Positions 52,925 through 64,000 of a stretch of 64,000 nt of DNA are shown here, piece by piece. The position numbers were made by a program, and so were the translations under genes. Under the pieces are notes generated by a model. That model was not told the DNA's origin. It did no database searches and saw nothing but the letters and a program-made list of their open reading frames with translations. Location of the stretch: assembly GCA_050084515.1 (NCBI GenBank), contig CM114271.1, forward strand, positions 18,290,001 through 18,354,000. The letters run 5' to 3'. Numbering within the stretch: the stretch's first letter is position 1; every line of letters begins with the position of its first letter. The DNA comes from Blasia pusilla. Lineage: Eukaryota.

Positions 52925-54955
52925 TTACACATCCTTTCCGACAGCATTCAGTACTTCTAGTTTATCGTTGTGCGAATGAGTAAATCCAATGCTCCGTTCA
53001 TATTCGACAGTTTCAAGAGACCGGAAGGCCACAACCCAGGCACGTCTCCAGCTGTCAGTGCTTAAATTGCCTCCTGAACCGTGCAAGATCCTTTCGTGGT
53101 GCACTGTTGCATCACCTCTGTCAATTTCGGCAGCTTTCGGGACGTCTTTCTCTGATAGGCATGCTGCTAACGTGTGGGACTTGTCGCGGTCACCATGCAA
53201 TGGACCATGAGTTCTGAGACTCCTTTCCACATGTGTTCCTGCACAGAGATTAGTCCCAATTTTGTCAATTACTGCAAGGATGAAGCATCTTCGTCAGGCC
53301 TACATCCTCCTCTACCTGTTGCGGTAATTTTCATAAAGAGAGTCCAGATTTCCGACGACAACTAGACTTGCTTTTTTCCGCCCTACAAATGCCAGATGGA
53401 GTTTGAGATGCACTTCCGGAAGCTCAAGAATCTAAGAATCTCTAAGAACGATCGTTAATCATATTTGAAATTCGAGAAGCATCATCCAAAGGATGCCTTT
53501 CGGTAAGAAGAAGAAAAAGTCGCAAAAAGTATCAGATGGTTGTACTTGCCTTGTTATCTTTACACATCAGACTGCATTCCGAATGCTTAGATATGACGAC
53601 ATACGTGTACGTCACTTTTTACTCCTGGACGGAGGAAAACGAAAAAGCCTTTTAATGTTCGAAAGATCACCTGGGACAAATTGGACGCATCCATTTTCGA
53701 TGCGGGAATTGTCGATAGCTAACCAGAAAGAGGCTGTTCTCGTATCTTTGGTCACAGGCCAGTAGGCCAAGTCCTGGTGCCTGAAAACACAGAGGAGTCC
53801 CCAGGTGTGAAAAGACATGAGACGACCATAAACAATTGGGAGCTTGCCCTGCCGCGAATCCACACAAGAAACAGGGCTAGTGAGTGATGAGTTTAGAATT
53901 GGCGTGTAGTTCATCTTCTAGGATTTGGAATTCGTCTTCCAAGCTGTCTGATGTAGCCAATGAGATCGAGAATGAGATATGTGCGGCGATTAAATTACAA
54001 TTATACTTCACCAGTGAAAGACTCCGTCGGCTTTGTTCGGTGGTTTGGCAAGAAGTTGATCATAATCAAGAATCATGTCTGATCCCAGGAGCTGCTCTGC
54101 AATAGACGCAGCTCTTTTCTCGTATATGTTCCCTTTTAGACGCTGATTGTACCTAATTACAACCAGACAGGCAGTAACATAAACAAACCTTGTCCGGACG
54201 AACAGAAACTTCAGAAACAACCACTCAGCCCGATAGTTGAACGCATTTGAACAGTTTACGTCCATTTTTACAGCATGTAGTGTCTAGACTTGGGCCAAGC
54301 GGCCGAAGAATGGCGGACGATCAACTGGCGTTTCAAGTCAGCCAATCCTTCAGAGGTACAAAATTACCGTCACACGAAATTGCGACCGAACTTACTTGGA
54401 AGGAAGCATTATATTTACGATGGAGTAATCTTCGATAGGCTTCGAGTAGTCTGCAGACATGTCACAAAAATCACGCCCTTCCACTTCTACTTCCCGCCTA
54501 ATGAAAGCCATATACTCCTCCTCTAGATTCCGCATTTCATCCTCTGATAGAACTCCCTGCATATCTTACGGCCAAAAATCAGAGAAAGCAGGTGCATACT
54601 TTTCGCGGAAACGAACAACTGCAGGATACGAAAATTTGACATGGCAGGTAGCCAGTGAATTTAAAAGTGTTGCCCCTCCACGATTCACATCGGCAGTCTT
54701 TCACACGGTCACACATTCCACACCCTCAAGATATCGATCCAGCTCGATCCGTTCCAACTTCACTCGCAAATTCTCTGCAACAGAGGCAACTTGTCCCGTG
54801 GCACCACTAGGCTACAGACAAAAAATAAGGGAGACGGACAGAAGGAACTGATCGACCTTCAGATGGAGATAACCAGAGGATTGAAATCCTTGGATTTCTT
54901 CCGGTGTGAGCTTGTACCGATCTCCATCACGTCTCCCCGCTCCTTCATCCGCCAT
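52925..54955 (-). CDS. Phytanoyl-CoA dioxygenase (PhyH)-family Fe(II)/2-oxoglutarate dioxygenase, 274 aa
   Basis: Exons 54955-54857, 54556-54396, 54152-54012, 53780-53671 and 53238-52925 (825 nt, all GT-AG, phases consistent). Motifs LTPEEIQGFQSSGYL, FHWHQDLAYWP (HxD), WLAID.S..ENGCVQFVPG.H, HGSGGN and RRA. Confidence 0.92.
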
Positions 54956-56330
54956 CGCTAATAATTCCTACGCCTCTAACTCTCTCTCTATCTCTCTCTC
55001 TATCTCTATCTCTCTCTGTGCGAATCCTCCGACCGCGTAGCAATGGTCTCCTCGTGTCGTCCCTCCAAACGCCCCGCCAGGCATAAGCACAGAAATGCGG
55101 TCGGGTTTCTACAAACACTAGTGCATCTCCTTTGAGTGCTCTTCGCCCCGGTCGGGGAGCACTACTTTACTGCTGTCCTCGTAGAGAACCTTTCGGACGC
55201 AAACTGCAACCAAAATCAATTCGCTCCGGCCTTTTCGAGTCCAAACGGTCGCGTGTCCAGCGCAGGAATCGTCGTTGCGACTGTCCCTGCTCAAGAAGTC
55301 GAGCTCTAGGGGGCAATAAATGTACTCCTCCAGAATGAATAGACATCTCTCAAAGGATCATCACAATCGCGCGGAAGAGGAATCCTTCAAATTTGACTTT
55401 GCAAATTTGATTTGTTAACGGCTCAGAAAGTATGACTTTAGACGGTGGTACAAAGGAGATCCCTCAGTAGTCAAGTTGGTATAATAGAAACATGTGGGGA
55501 GCACAAAAAATCTTTTTCTTGTTGCCCTTATAATAATAGAAAACATTTTCTTGCTCTTTACCATGTAAGGAGGAGTAGATAATCGCAAATAAAAACGCAT
55601 ATAGATTAGGCAACCCCTAAGCCAAGGCTAAAATCACCCCCTCAAATAATAATTAACTGTCTGAATTTCCAAATACCATTTTAAATAAACCTCACAATAC
55701 TATTAATTTATAAGGTGAGCGGAAAGTGTTAAGAGGAGAAGAGTTTGAATTGAATGATAAGTTCATGGAATGAAGACTTTGGTGCAATTCATCAAAGGCG
55801 AAATTTGGATTAGTTAGTCATAAGATTAGAATAGGGAACAACACGTGTCCTAGGATTATCCTTAATCAAAACGAGCGTACTTTGAGACCAACCGTAGGAG
55901 AAGGAGGGTTAAAGGTGAGTAGCAAAGAAGACAAAGAGTAATTAAGACGAGCAAGACTTGTCACTAATACGAAGGATAACAAGCATCTTAACCTAAAATT
56001 TTTGCCCCTTCATCATCCAAGGGTATTTGAGCTTCTTACAAAATTTCAATAAAAATGGAGCACTAACCCAAAGCCCAAAAATAAATAGGTATTTTTGGAC
56101 GCGCTTGATTTAAAAACACAGTTGAAATTCGATTTTCCAAATAAATTCATATATAATCTTTGGGATTAAACCCTAAAATGAGTCAAAAAAAGAGTGTATG
56201 GATTTTCCCCTCCAAAACGATAAGAATACTATAAATTAAAAACTAACTCAAACAGGACTTCACTCGTAGTGTCCCGTTATAAAGGATGGATGCCGGGAGG
56301 AGATAAATTCTTCATATATTTAATAGACCA

Positions 56331-56565
56331 CTAGTGTGAAGCCAAGGCTATGCACGGGAGTGAATACTAATCATGTTCCACACAAAAAAAATTTCTTGTT
56401 GCCAGCGGAATAGAAATCATTTCTTCTTGTCCCTAGACTAAGAAATATTTTCTTGTTGCTTGACTGCCACATGTCAAGCATAGAGATGTTTGCAAATCAA
56501 GAAGGCACTCTCCAATAATAATATAAATTTTCATTATGACATATGCCCTCTTTTAATAATAGTGA
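56331..56565 (-). mobile_element. Degenerate mini-Helitron
   Basis: Minus-strand 5' end TCACTATTATTAAAAGAGG; 3' end CCCGTGCATAGCCTTGG...CTAG|T. The internal sequence resembles 40543-40690 and 55500-55605. Confidence 0.55.
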
Positions 56566-56569
56566 CTAG

Positions 56570-56970
56570 TGAATGTGAAACCACCAAAGTTTTATAGTTG
56601 ACTTCATGACGGACATCGATTTATCCCCCTAGCCATTCAGATGTACGGGGTTATGGGGGAGAGGTTTGAATCGTTCCTTACGGATTGCGCCCGTCATCTC
56701 CAATCGAAAAATGGGTTGTCCTTAGCCACTACGATTCTTTATTGTAGGCAACGGATCTCCATAACTTTGCAGCGTGCCCATGATAATGGGCTTAGGCGGC
56801 GACCTCAAATCAGCACTAGAAGCCCATTTAAAAATAACCATGGTTCTCTAAGTATTACTGATATTGTTTATGTTTTTGGTGAGTTTGATCATTATGGGGA
56901 AGACCGGAAATTTGAGGGCCCCCCTCTTTTGTGTGCATATGGGTTTTCCATCAAACGTTTCTATTAAAAT
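56570..56970 (+). mobile_element. 3' fragment of a CRE-like non-LTR retrotransposon (restriction-like endonuclease tail)
   Basis: HDGHRFIPLAIQMYGVMGERFESFLTDCAR...YCRQRISITLQRAH fits the F-x-P-x-A-x-E-T-x-G...Q-R-[IL]-S-x-x-L-Q-R C-terminus of RLE-bearing CRE-clade elements. Confidence 0.65.
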
Positions 56971-57370
56971 TTATATTTTCAACTACCTAAGGTTTAACTC
57001 GAAACTGAACTAACTTGAATAAAAGCAGATGGGTTTCCCGTCCGTTGTGAAACGCGCGCGGAGACATTTAACGTCATCCGGCTAGAAACACGGGCAGACG
57101 GAAAATCGGAAACCGCCTACCTGGAACGGACGGACGGACCGAAGGCCACTGTAGCTTGCGTGAGTTCGTAACGAGGAAGAAGCATAGGAGAAATTCTGTG
57201 CGTCTCTTGGGACGTCTGTCGCGCAAGTAGGGATCGAGAAAGGGTATTGAATGTTGGGGGAGCTGGGATTGGGCTCTGGGCATCGCGTCGGAGTGATTTT
57301 GTAGGAGGGAGGGCGCATTTTCTCATTTGCTGGAGTAGAGCAGGTGAGAGTCCTTTACGAGGCGGGCACC

Positions 57371-58855
57371 ATGACGGAAATCTCGATCAGAAACCAGAAG
57401 GGCATGTCCAGCGTAAGGGAGATGCCCATCTTGCAGGATGGCCCGCCTCCTGGTGGGTTTCCTGCTGTGCGATATGCGCGCAGGATCCCGAACACAGGGC
57501 CTGGTGGAGTTGGGGTTTTCCTCGTTTCTGCAGCTGTTATCAGCTTCGGCTTTTACCAAGTCGGTCAGGGCAACATTCATCGCCGGTACATTTTCTCGTC
57601 CGATTTTCAATTTTACCACGATTTCCTTGGCTTTCTGCTCCTCTGCAGATGGATGAATAGAGGTCTCCGCGAATTGGCAGCCAGTGAACTCGAGAATCAT
57701 GAGGATTGCTGATTTTGCTTGAATATCTCATACCCACCAGCGCTGGCTATTGCCAAACTACTAACAGAGTCCTTGAGATCATGTGACTCGCATCTTACAC
57801 TATTGTCTCCAGCTAATCCTACTGCCAATTTTCATCTCTTAAATTAAACCACACTACTGGTGCGTCATTGTAGACGTATGTTGAACTAAAGTTCGCTCTA
57901 ATCAACGAAGGATCGAAGGTCAGAAAGCGGAGCAGTATAATTGGCTCACATTAGTGCTTCCTAATTGAGATGATGGTAAATCGTCTCCAAACCATTAACT
58001 TTCAGCACATTTTGTAGATAGCTGCAAACAACATCATACTTATACGAAGGTAGGGGTCCGATGTTAACTTTTGCTACAGATGCCTTGCAACGCATACGGC
58101 TCTCCGAGTGATCTTTGAGATTGTTACCTGAACATAGTGGCATCGACATTTCAGTAGTTGCAGTATGAATTGTAGGCCCTGTTTTGAAGATTTCAACGCC
58201 TAAGAGGAGCTCTTCCACCCTGCTTTCTGTTGGTAAATCTAACTTTATGAACGACTACCGAATTAATTTTATTTCTTTATTACTGCAGTGCCCTGAAAGC
58301 AGAGAAGATGGAGGCCCGTCAGGCAATTCTACCTTTGATCCAAGCTGAGGAAGATGCAAGGTACTCAGCTACTCACTCCGACAGATTCAATTTATTCTGA
58401 GTCAGACAAGGGACTTCGCCAACAATTTAAAAATTGAAATCTAGTGCGTGCTCTACTTTTAGAGAACAAAAAATCCTGTTATGTTTCTAGAGGCATAAGA
58501 GACATAATGATCTCAACTTTGGAGTTTATTTGTGTGGGATGGTAGTACCGCACTTCAATCCTAGCCTCGTTCTTCTTTTGAAAATGATGGAACTTCTGAG
58601 ATCTAACCATGCAAATAATTTAGAAGCTCTCATCTTTCATCTTGCTTTCATTGAGAAGTTGCTCATTTCTTTCATCACTTCATGAGAATTGGATCTTTCC
58701 TGTCAATCAGATTTGTCAAAGAGCACAGAAAGCTTTTGGCGGAGGAGAGAAGGCTTATGGCTCATGTTCCAGGCTGGAAATTTGGGGAGAACGTCTATTC
58801 CTCAGGAAGATGGATGCCACCAGCAACAGGGAAGATAATGGCTGACTTGTGGTAA
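57371..58855 (+). CDS. NDUFA13: NADH:ubiquinone oxidoreductase subunit A13 (GRIM-19/B16.6), 143 aa
   Basis: Exons 57371-57585, 58289-58360 and 58711-58855 (432 nt). Motifs [45 protein letters not shown] and [20 protein letters not shown]. Confidence 0.97.
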
Positions 58856-61805
58856 ACGAGTCTATATACAAAGAGCTTGTCCCTTGAATTGATCTGTTGC
58901 ACAACTTTGTGCCTCAACAACTTCTGCCCTCACATGAAAGCATGCAGAACCCAGCATGATGGAGGGAAATTTTCCCAAGGAGCTGGTGCAGATTGCCCCA
59001 TGTCATACATTGTGGGTATCTTCTTTACACTAAATTTAGAACAAGGGCTAAAGGGATGTTTTTTTTGAACTTTTGAGTTCTTCACATAAGCTGCTCATAT
59101 TTCTGGAGAGTGTGCACTTTACTTTCCTGGAAAGCCATGGAGGTCTTCAATCAGATGACCTCAATAAATGACCTCAGCTTAGGTGCACATTGATCTCCTC
59201 GAGTGTTTGGATACCTCAATATTCACACCTGCCACTTCAGTTACACCTAAGGAGGTTCTGCAATGACATTATTGTATCCGTATGTTATTTTCTTTGCAAG
59301 CTGTCTATTTCTCGGTGGGCCATCTGAATGCTTCTCTTCATCACTTTTGAGGCAATAATGGAGCATAAGTAGCTTGGAATAGCAGTGTGGCTTTCTAAGT
59401 GATCCCGTGCACTATCTGAAATCAAGATGAGTGGGGGGATATTCTGCTGCTACATTATCAACAGTGGGCATGCCAGAAGTTCCTCTTGTAGTCTAACATT
59501 GTATGTGGTCCTATATATGAGTCGGAAAGATAATAGCTATGAACACAAGTCAGCTGCTACGTTTTGGCTCTTGGTAAGGAATTTTGTACCCAGGAGAATT
59601 TCTCTATCCAAGTCGTGAGATGTCTGACAATTATGCATGACACAGATTCCTGGTCGTAATTGTAGGAGTATGGAGCATGTGAGAGCAATAATTGCTCTCC
59701 TGAGCTGGTTTAATTGCTCCATGGAAAGACGGTTATGAAGCCAATTAGGCCTGTGTGTGTGCGTGTGTGTGTGTGTGTGGAGACTAGTCTGGGATTGAAT
59801 GTCGCCTGAATTAGGAAATGAGTACAATGTTTTCCTGATGTGGGTGTGGCATTTAAATTTCTCGCCTACTGCAGATGTCCTAATGCTCCTTAAGATATAA
59901 ACTCCGCCCATTTCGGTTGCTTGGTTTTTGTGTACCGAGCATCTTCCAGTTTTGTCTATCTAGCAGTGCCAATGATGAAACAGTTCGATTCCAATACTTC
60001 CTTCCATATCCTACGCATCTTGGTGGGGAGCTTTGGTTATCCCCAAGTTCTCTGATCCCTCTAGCATGCTGGGGTGGAATTGACCAGTGCATTGGCTTCA
60101 AGAAGCTCGTACTCTCAAAGACTTCATAATAACTACTGCCTCTCTTCATTTGAGTGGTAGCCTATCAACCTCCTCACATAATGCATTCACTTCATGGCTT
60201 CAACTTGCACTGAGGGTATAAAAAATATCCCTATAACATGTCTACTTGGCAGGGCTTAAATGGGAAGGGTATGGTGAAATCCTTGTTTGCCTTGTCCGAG
60301 GCATGAAAGATACTCTTTGTAGTTCATTGTAGTGGTGTATGCTCCCAATTTGGTCTCGTCGCCAGTTGGTGTAGAGCTATGCTTTCCGTAGATTGTCTCC
60401 TGGATCAGGTAGGAAGACCTCCTGTTGTTCGCTCTTGGGGCTTGTATGAAAAGCGTTTTGCATAGTACAGCTGATCTAGGATTAAAAAAAGCTACAGGGT
60501 CGACTATTAGTCTGATACGAAAGAAACTGTCACCTCTGATGACTCCTACAGCTTGTTAAAATCCTCCACTCAGCACCATGCATCCGAAAGGCGTTGACAA
60601 TCAGATCCATGTACGAGGCGTTCAGAATTTGCACAACTCCAGTTTGGTCGTGTGATTTGGAACATGGCACACGTGCGAGATGACATGACGAGGGTAAGTG
60701 TTACCGGATTCCACACTGGGCTTGTCAACTGTGAAACTTTCTAAAACTTGGCGAAAAATCTCTATGGTGGATTCATGAGACGTTTGCAGAATCATTAGTT
60801 GGTCAATGACAGGAAGTTTACTGAGACCAGACTGGTTCGTTAAAAAGTGTTTCAAAACTGCCGTGTCTGATCTATTGAAAGAGAGCTCATACGCCACTCG
60901 AATGATCAACGTTAAAAAATGTTCTTCTCCCATTGCGTTTTGTTTGAGGAGGATACTACGGATGATAGGAGTGGGCAATAAAGGGAGGTGCTGCACCGTT
61001 CAGGAGTTTTCCTTCTCCGAAACCTCAGATCATCACTACGTAATCTACCCGTAATCTACCTTTTGTTTGGCTAGGACATAGGACATACGCCCAGTGGTAT
61101 TGAAGTTGATCAGTACCGGCATGCAATATTTATCCCTAATCCTACCTTTACAATGAAAGAGGACAATAATATGAGGGGCCCTCTTTAATATTCTAGGCTA
61201 GTACCACGTGCGTGAATCTGTTGACGTTCAGGTGTTTCTTAAGTGTGGTTCAGAAAGGCATACGTTTCCTGATATTAATGACACAGGCAGGCGTACCCTT
61301 ATTTCACTCTCGTAAAGGCCCGGTCATATATTCAGAACGTCTAATTGAATCTGAGTAGTTCATGTTACGATAGAGAAAGCAAAACTCAATTTCATATTCC
61401 CACGGCAGCCTCTAACTTGAATGCCATTTAACAAACTTCGCCATTACCTAGAGTCCATCCAAAATTACTGGGGCACCTTCTTACCGGAGGAAACAACTAT
61501 GACAAAAATTTAAGCCTCATGGTTTGAGACACATCGGTAGCTCATGGACATTCAGGGGTACACCAGAGAATTTTAGGCCTTCACTCTTCATTTACCAGAG
61601 ATTTCTTCCCTCTTACGTTTACATATCTGGAAAACTTTATAAGAATGCATTTGGACGTCAGTAGTTTTTCAATGTTCGATGGAGTAAAACAAACCACAGG
61701 AGGAGATGGAGACAAATTTACACTTGTGAAGGAAGCGGGGTGGCCAAGAAATGCTTGCGCACTTGACCGATTAATGAAAACTCCTTAATAAGGAGCTGAA
61801 CTTCA

Positions 61806-64000
61806 TCATTCATTGCAGCTGTCGGGATCTGAGGAGTCTGCACTCTTCTCACGAGAAACCTTTCCCCCCCTACTACAGGAGCAACAATTATTAGCTAAGC
61901 TACAGAGACTGCAAATATCTTTCAACTGAGACGATTCCTCATCAACCTTGGGGGCCAGCCGCTTCAGGGCTTCCAAAGCTGTGTCTGAGGTCTCCTCTTG
62001 GATCTGCTCATCAACAGAGGATACAGAGCGTATACTCTCCACCATGGCAGAGGTTAGGATGGAAAGTGCTTCCTTGGCTGTAGGGCGAGTGGTAGGGCTC
62101 GGATCAGTGCACGAATAAAAGAGCCTCACCAAAACGTTCAGCACCTTGGCCTCATCACTGTCATCCGCTGCTGAATCCTTGCCACCTGATGAAGATGAAG
62201 GTGATAGTCTAAATTTGTCTATTTGTGAAGGAAGTAAGGGCCGTTGTCCCATCTGCAGAGTTCCCTTCACATTTGTCAGCATTTGCAGATAGAAAACACT
62301 CTGTTAGCTGATCCAACCAGAATATACTTCACTCCCAGAAGAAAGCTGCACAAATCAAGACACGTAAACAGGACTTACTGGCAATGAGGAATCAACAAGG
62401 AGTAAAATAAGTGATTCTCATAAAATCACTACGATTGTGATTTTTTAGTGTCAAACCTGAATATGTGAATGAACCTCGGCCTCTGACAGACCAGCATATG
62501 GGACTTGGAGAGTAAGCAATTCAGCCAGTAGGCAACCAAATGACCATAAATCAGCTTCCTGCAACAATGAAGGATCATCAATTACGTTTTTTCTAACACC
62601 AACACTCTACCAACACCAACTTGTCTGATGGAATCAATTTTTGTTCATTGATGCACTACTGACTGCAACCTTTTTTCAATATTCAATACCCAAAGTTCGT
62701 GTATGTATACAAAAGCAAAGCCCTGGGCCTCCTGAAGGGATTTCTAAACCAGTCTGGTGGCGATATAAAAAATGAGTTCCTTCACTCACTTCCACCAGAA
62801 GCAAAATCCACAAACAGTTGGGAGTAACCTCAACTGCAAGTGCAAAGTTCAATTTAAGAAGTACCCATTCTAGAAACTTTCATCCACATATCACAGGTCA
62901 CTGACTAGCACGAGTTACATGAAAGGGAGCACAATGGAAAAAAACTGAATCATTTACCAGGCCATATGTATGACGACCGTACATCGCCCTCAGCACCTCA
63001 GGAGCAATCCAGCGTGGAGTACCCACACATACATCAGCAGGGGGCACTCCTCGATGAGCCAAGTAGCAGGTGTGAGCAGAAGAGGACTGAAGGGGAACCG
63101 CACTGTCAAAGTCACAAAGCTTTACAACTGGTCCTGGAAAATCAGGTTCATGGTTTGATTCCAAATCAATCAGCACATTGCTGCTTTTGATGTCACGATG
63201 GATGATACCCTTGGAATGCAGCAAAGAGAGTGCACAAGCAATGTTTCTTGCAACATGCAATGCCAATTTGTGAGGTGTATGTGTTTGGCCCTTTCTAGCC
63301 AGTCCCTGCAGAATTCCCTGTTTCCACATGAAATGCAACATTCGCATAAGCTAATGATACACATTCACAAAAAATTTACTGTATTAGAAAGTATAAGTAG
63401 CACCAAAATGCCGTAAACCTACTGTTATACTTCATCTCCAAGCCAACAGACAAGAACACCTACCACAGCAAGACACTGATGAAAGAACACAACACTGCTG
63501 AAGGTATACGCCACTCATTTTAAGCTCATGTTGAGGGTCTAATAACATGGTTTCCAGAAATCTCATTTCTTCATAATGAAGCTCCCATTTGCAAAGTGAA
63601 AGGCACCAAGCAGAGGACAAAGCTTCCACCCACATGACTAAAGTTGATAATTCATGACCACCAGAATAAAAACGTAATCAGACCAAATCCTCTGGCGTCA
63701 GTACACCCCGGAGTGTTTCCATAGGAGTGAATGTACTACCAAACTTCACTGAGCTTGAAAGAAGACATTACCTCCAAGGAACCACCTTTAACGTACTCCA
63801 TGAAGATCATTAGTTGGGGAGGTTGGGGTGTTGCCTCAGCTGGATCAGACGAGGATGTAAAACCCGAGGAAAATTGGTGTCCATAAAAGGTAACTATACA
63901 AGGGTGGGGTTGAAGGCTGCATAGCATGCGAAGTTCGCTTAGACAGCTGCTCTCTAAACCCTTTCCTGTACTACACGGTCCTTCTGCTACGGGTTCAATT
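61806..64000 (-). CDS. 3' part of a Ser/Thr protein kinase (kinase domain resembles the LRR-kinase At1g04210 type, from memory); 5' end outside the window
   Basis: Exons >64000-63772, 63317-62958, 62558-62457 and 62252-61806. Motifs [64 protein letters not shown] and RPTA. Confidence 0.88.

Noticed and set aside
56168..56176. Telo-box AAACCCTAA upstream of NDUFA13
   Set aside because: A single short motif 1.2 kb from the ATG in AT-rich DNA; may be chance.
60622..60996. 124-aa minus-strand ORF downstream of the kinase
   Set aside because: Non-ATG start, no motif or supporting splice structure; length compatible with chance.
1..64000. tRNA, rRNA or conserved plant miRNA genes
   Set aside because: No convincing match by eye; tRNAscan-SE, Rfam and miRBase searches would be needed to exclude them.

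Overview
Eukaryotic land-plant nuclear DNA, probably a bryophyte/liverwort (inferred from GT-AG introns, gene content and retroelement types; species not identifiable). Six host genes can be modelled by hand: a plastid-type membrane protein (7602-10861,+), a WNK kinase (43573-45771,+), an intronless DUF538 protein (49646-50161,+), a PhyH-family dioxygenase (52925-54955,-), complex I subunit NDUFA13/GRIM-19 (57371-58855,+) and the 3' end of a Ser/Thr kinase (61806->64000,-). The first 40 kb is rich in transposable elements. It holds an LTR retrotransposon that appears nested in a same-family copy (1-5297), decayed Ty3/gypsy relics whose integrase tail runs into a PHD-type zinc finger, and a ~9 kb intron-containing Helitron. 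Several 150-240 bp mini-Helitrons share its 5' terminus, and a CRE-type non-LTR 3' fragment lies near 56.6 kb. Notable oddities: a telomere-repeat patch replacing 16 bp in one copy of the LTR-associated repeat, several fold-back inversions/palindromes, a CpG-rich island with an orphan 365-codon stop-free frame, a Ser/His/Asp repeat expansion in the WNK, and direct repeats flanking the DUF538 gene. All calls were made by eye; no database search was run.
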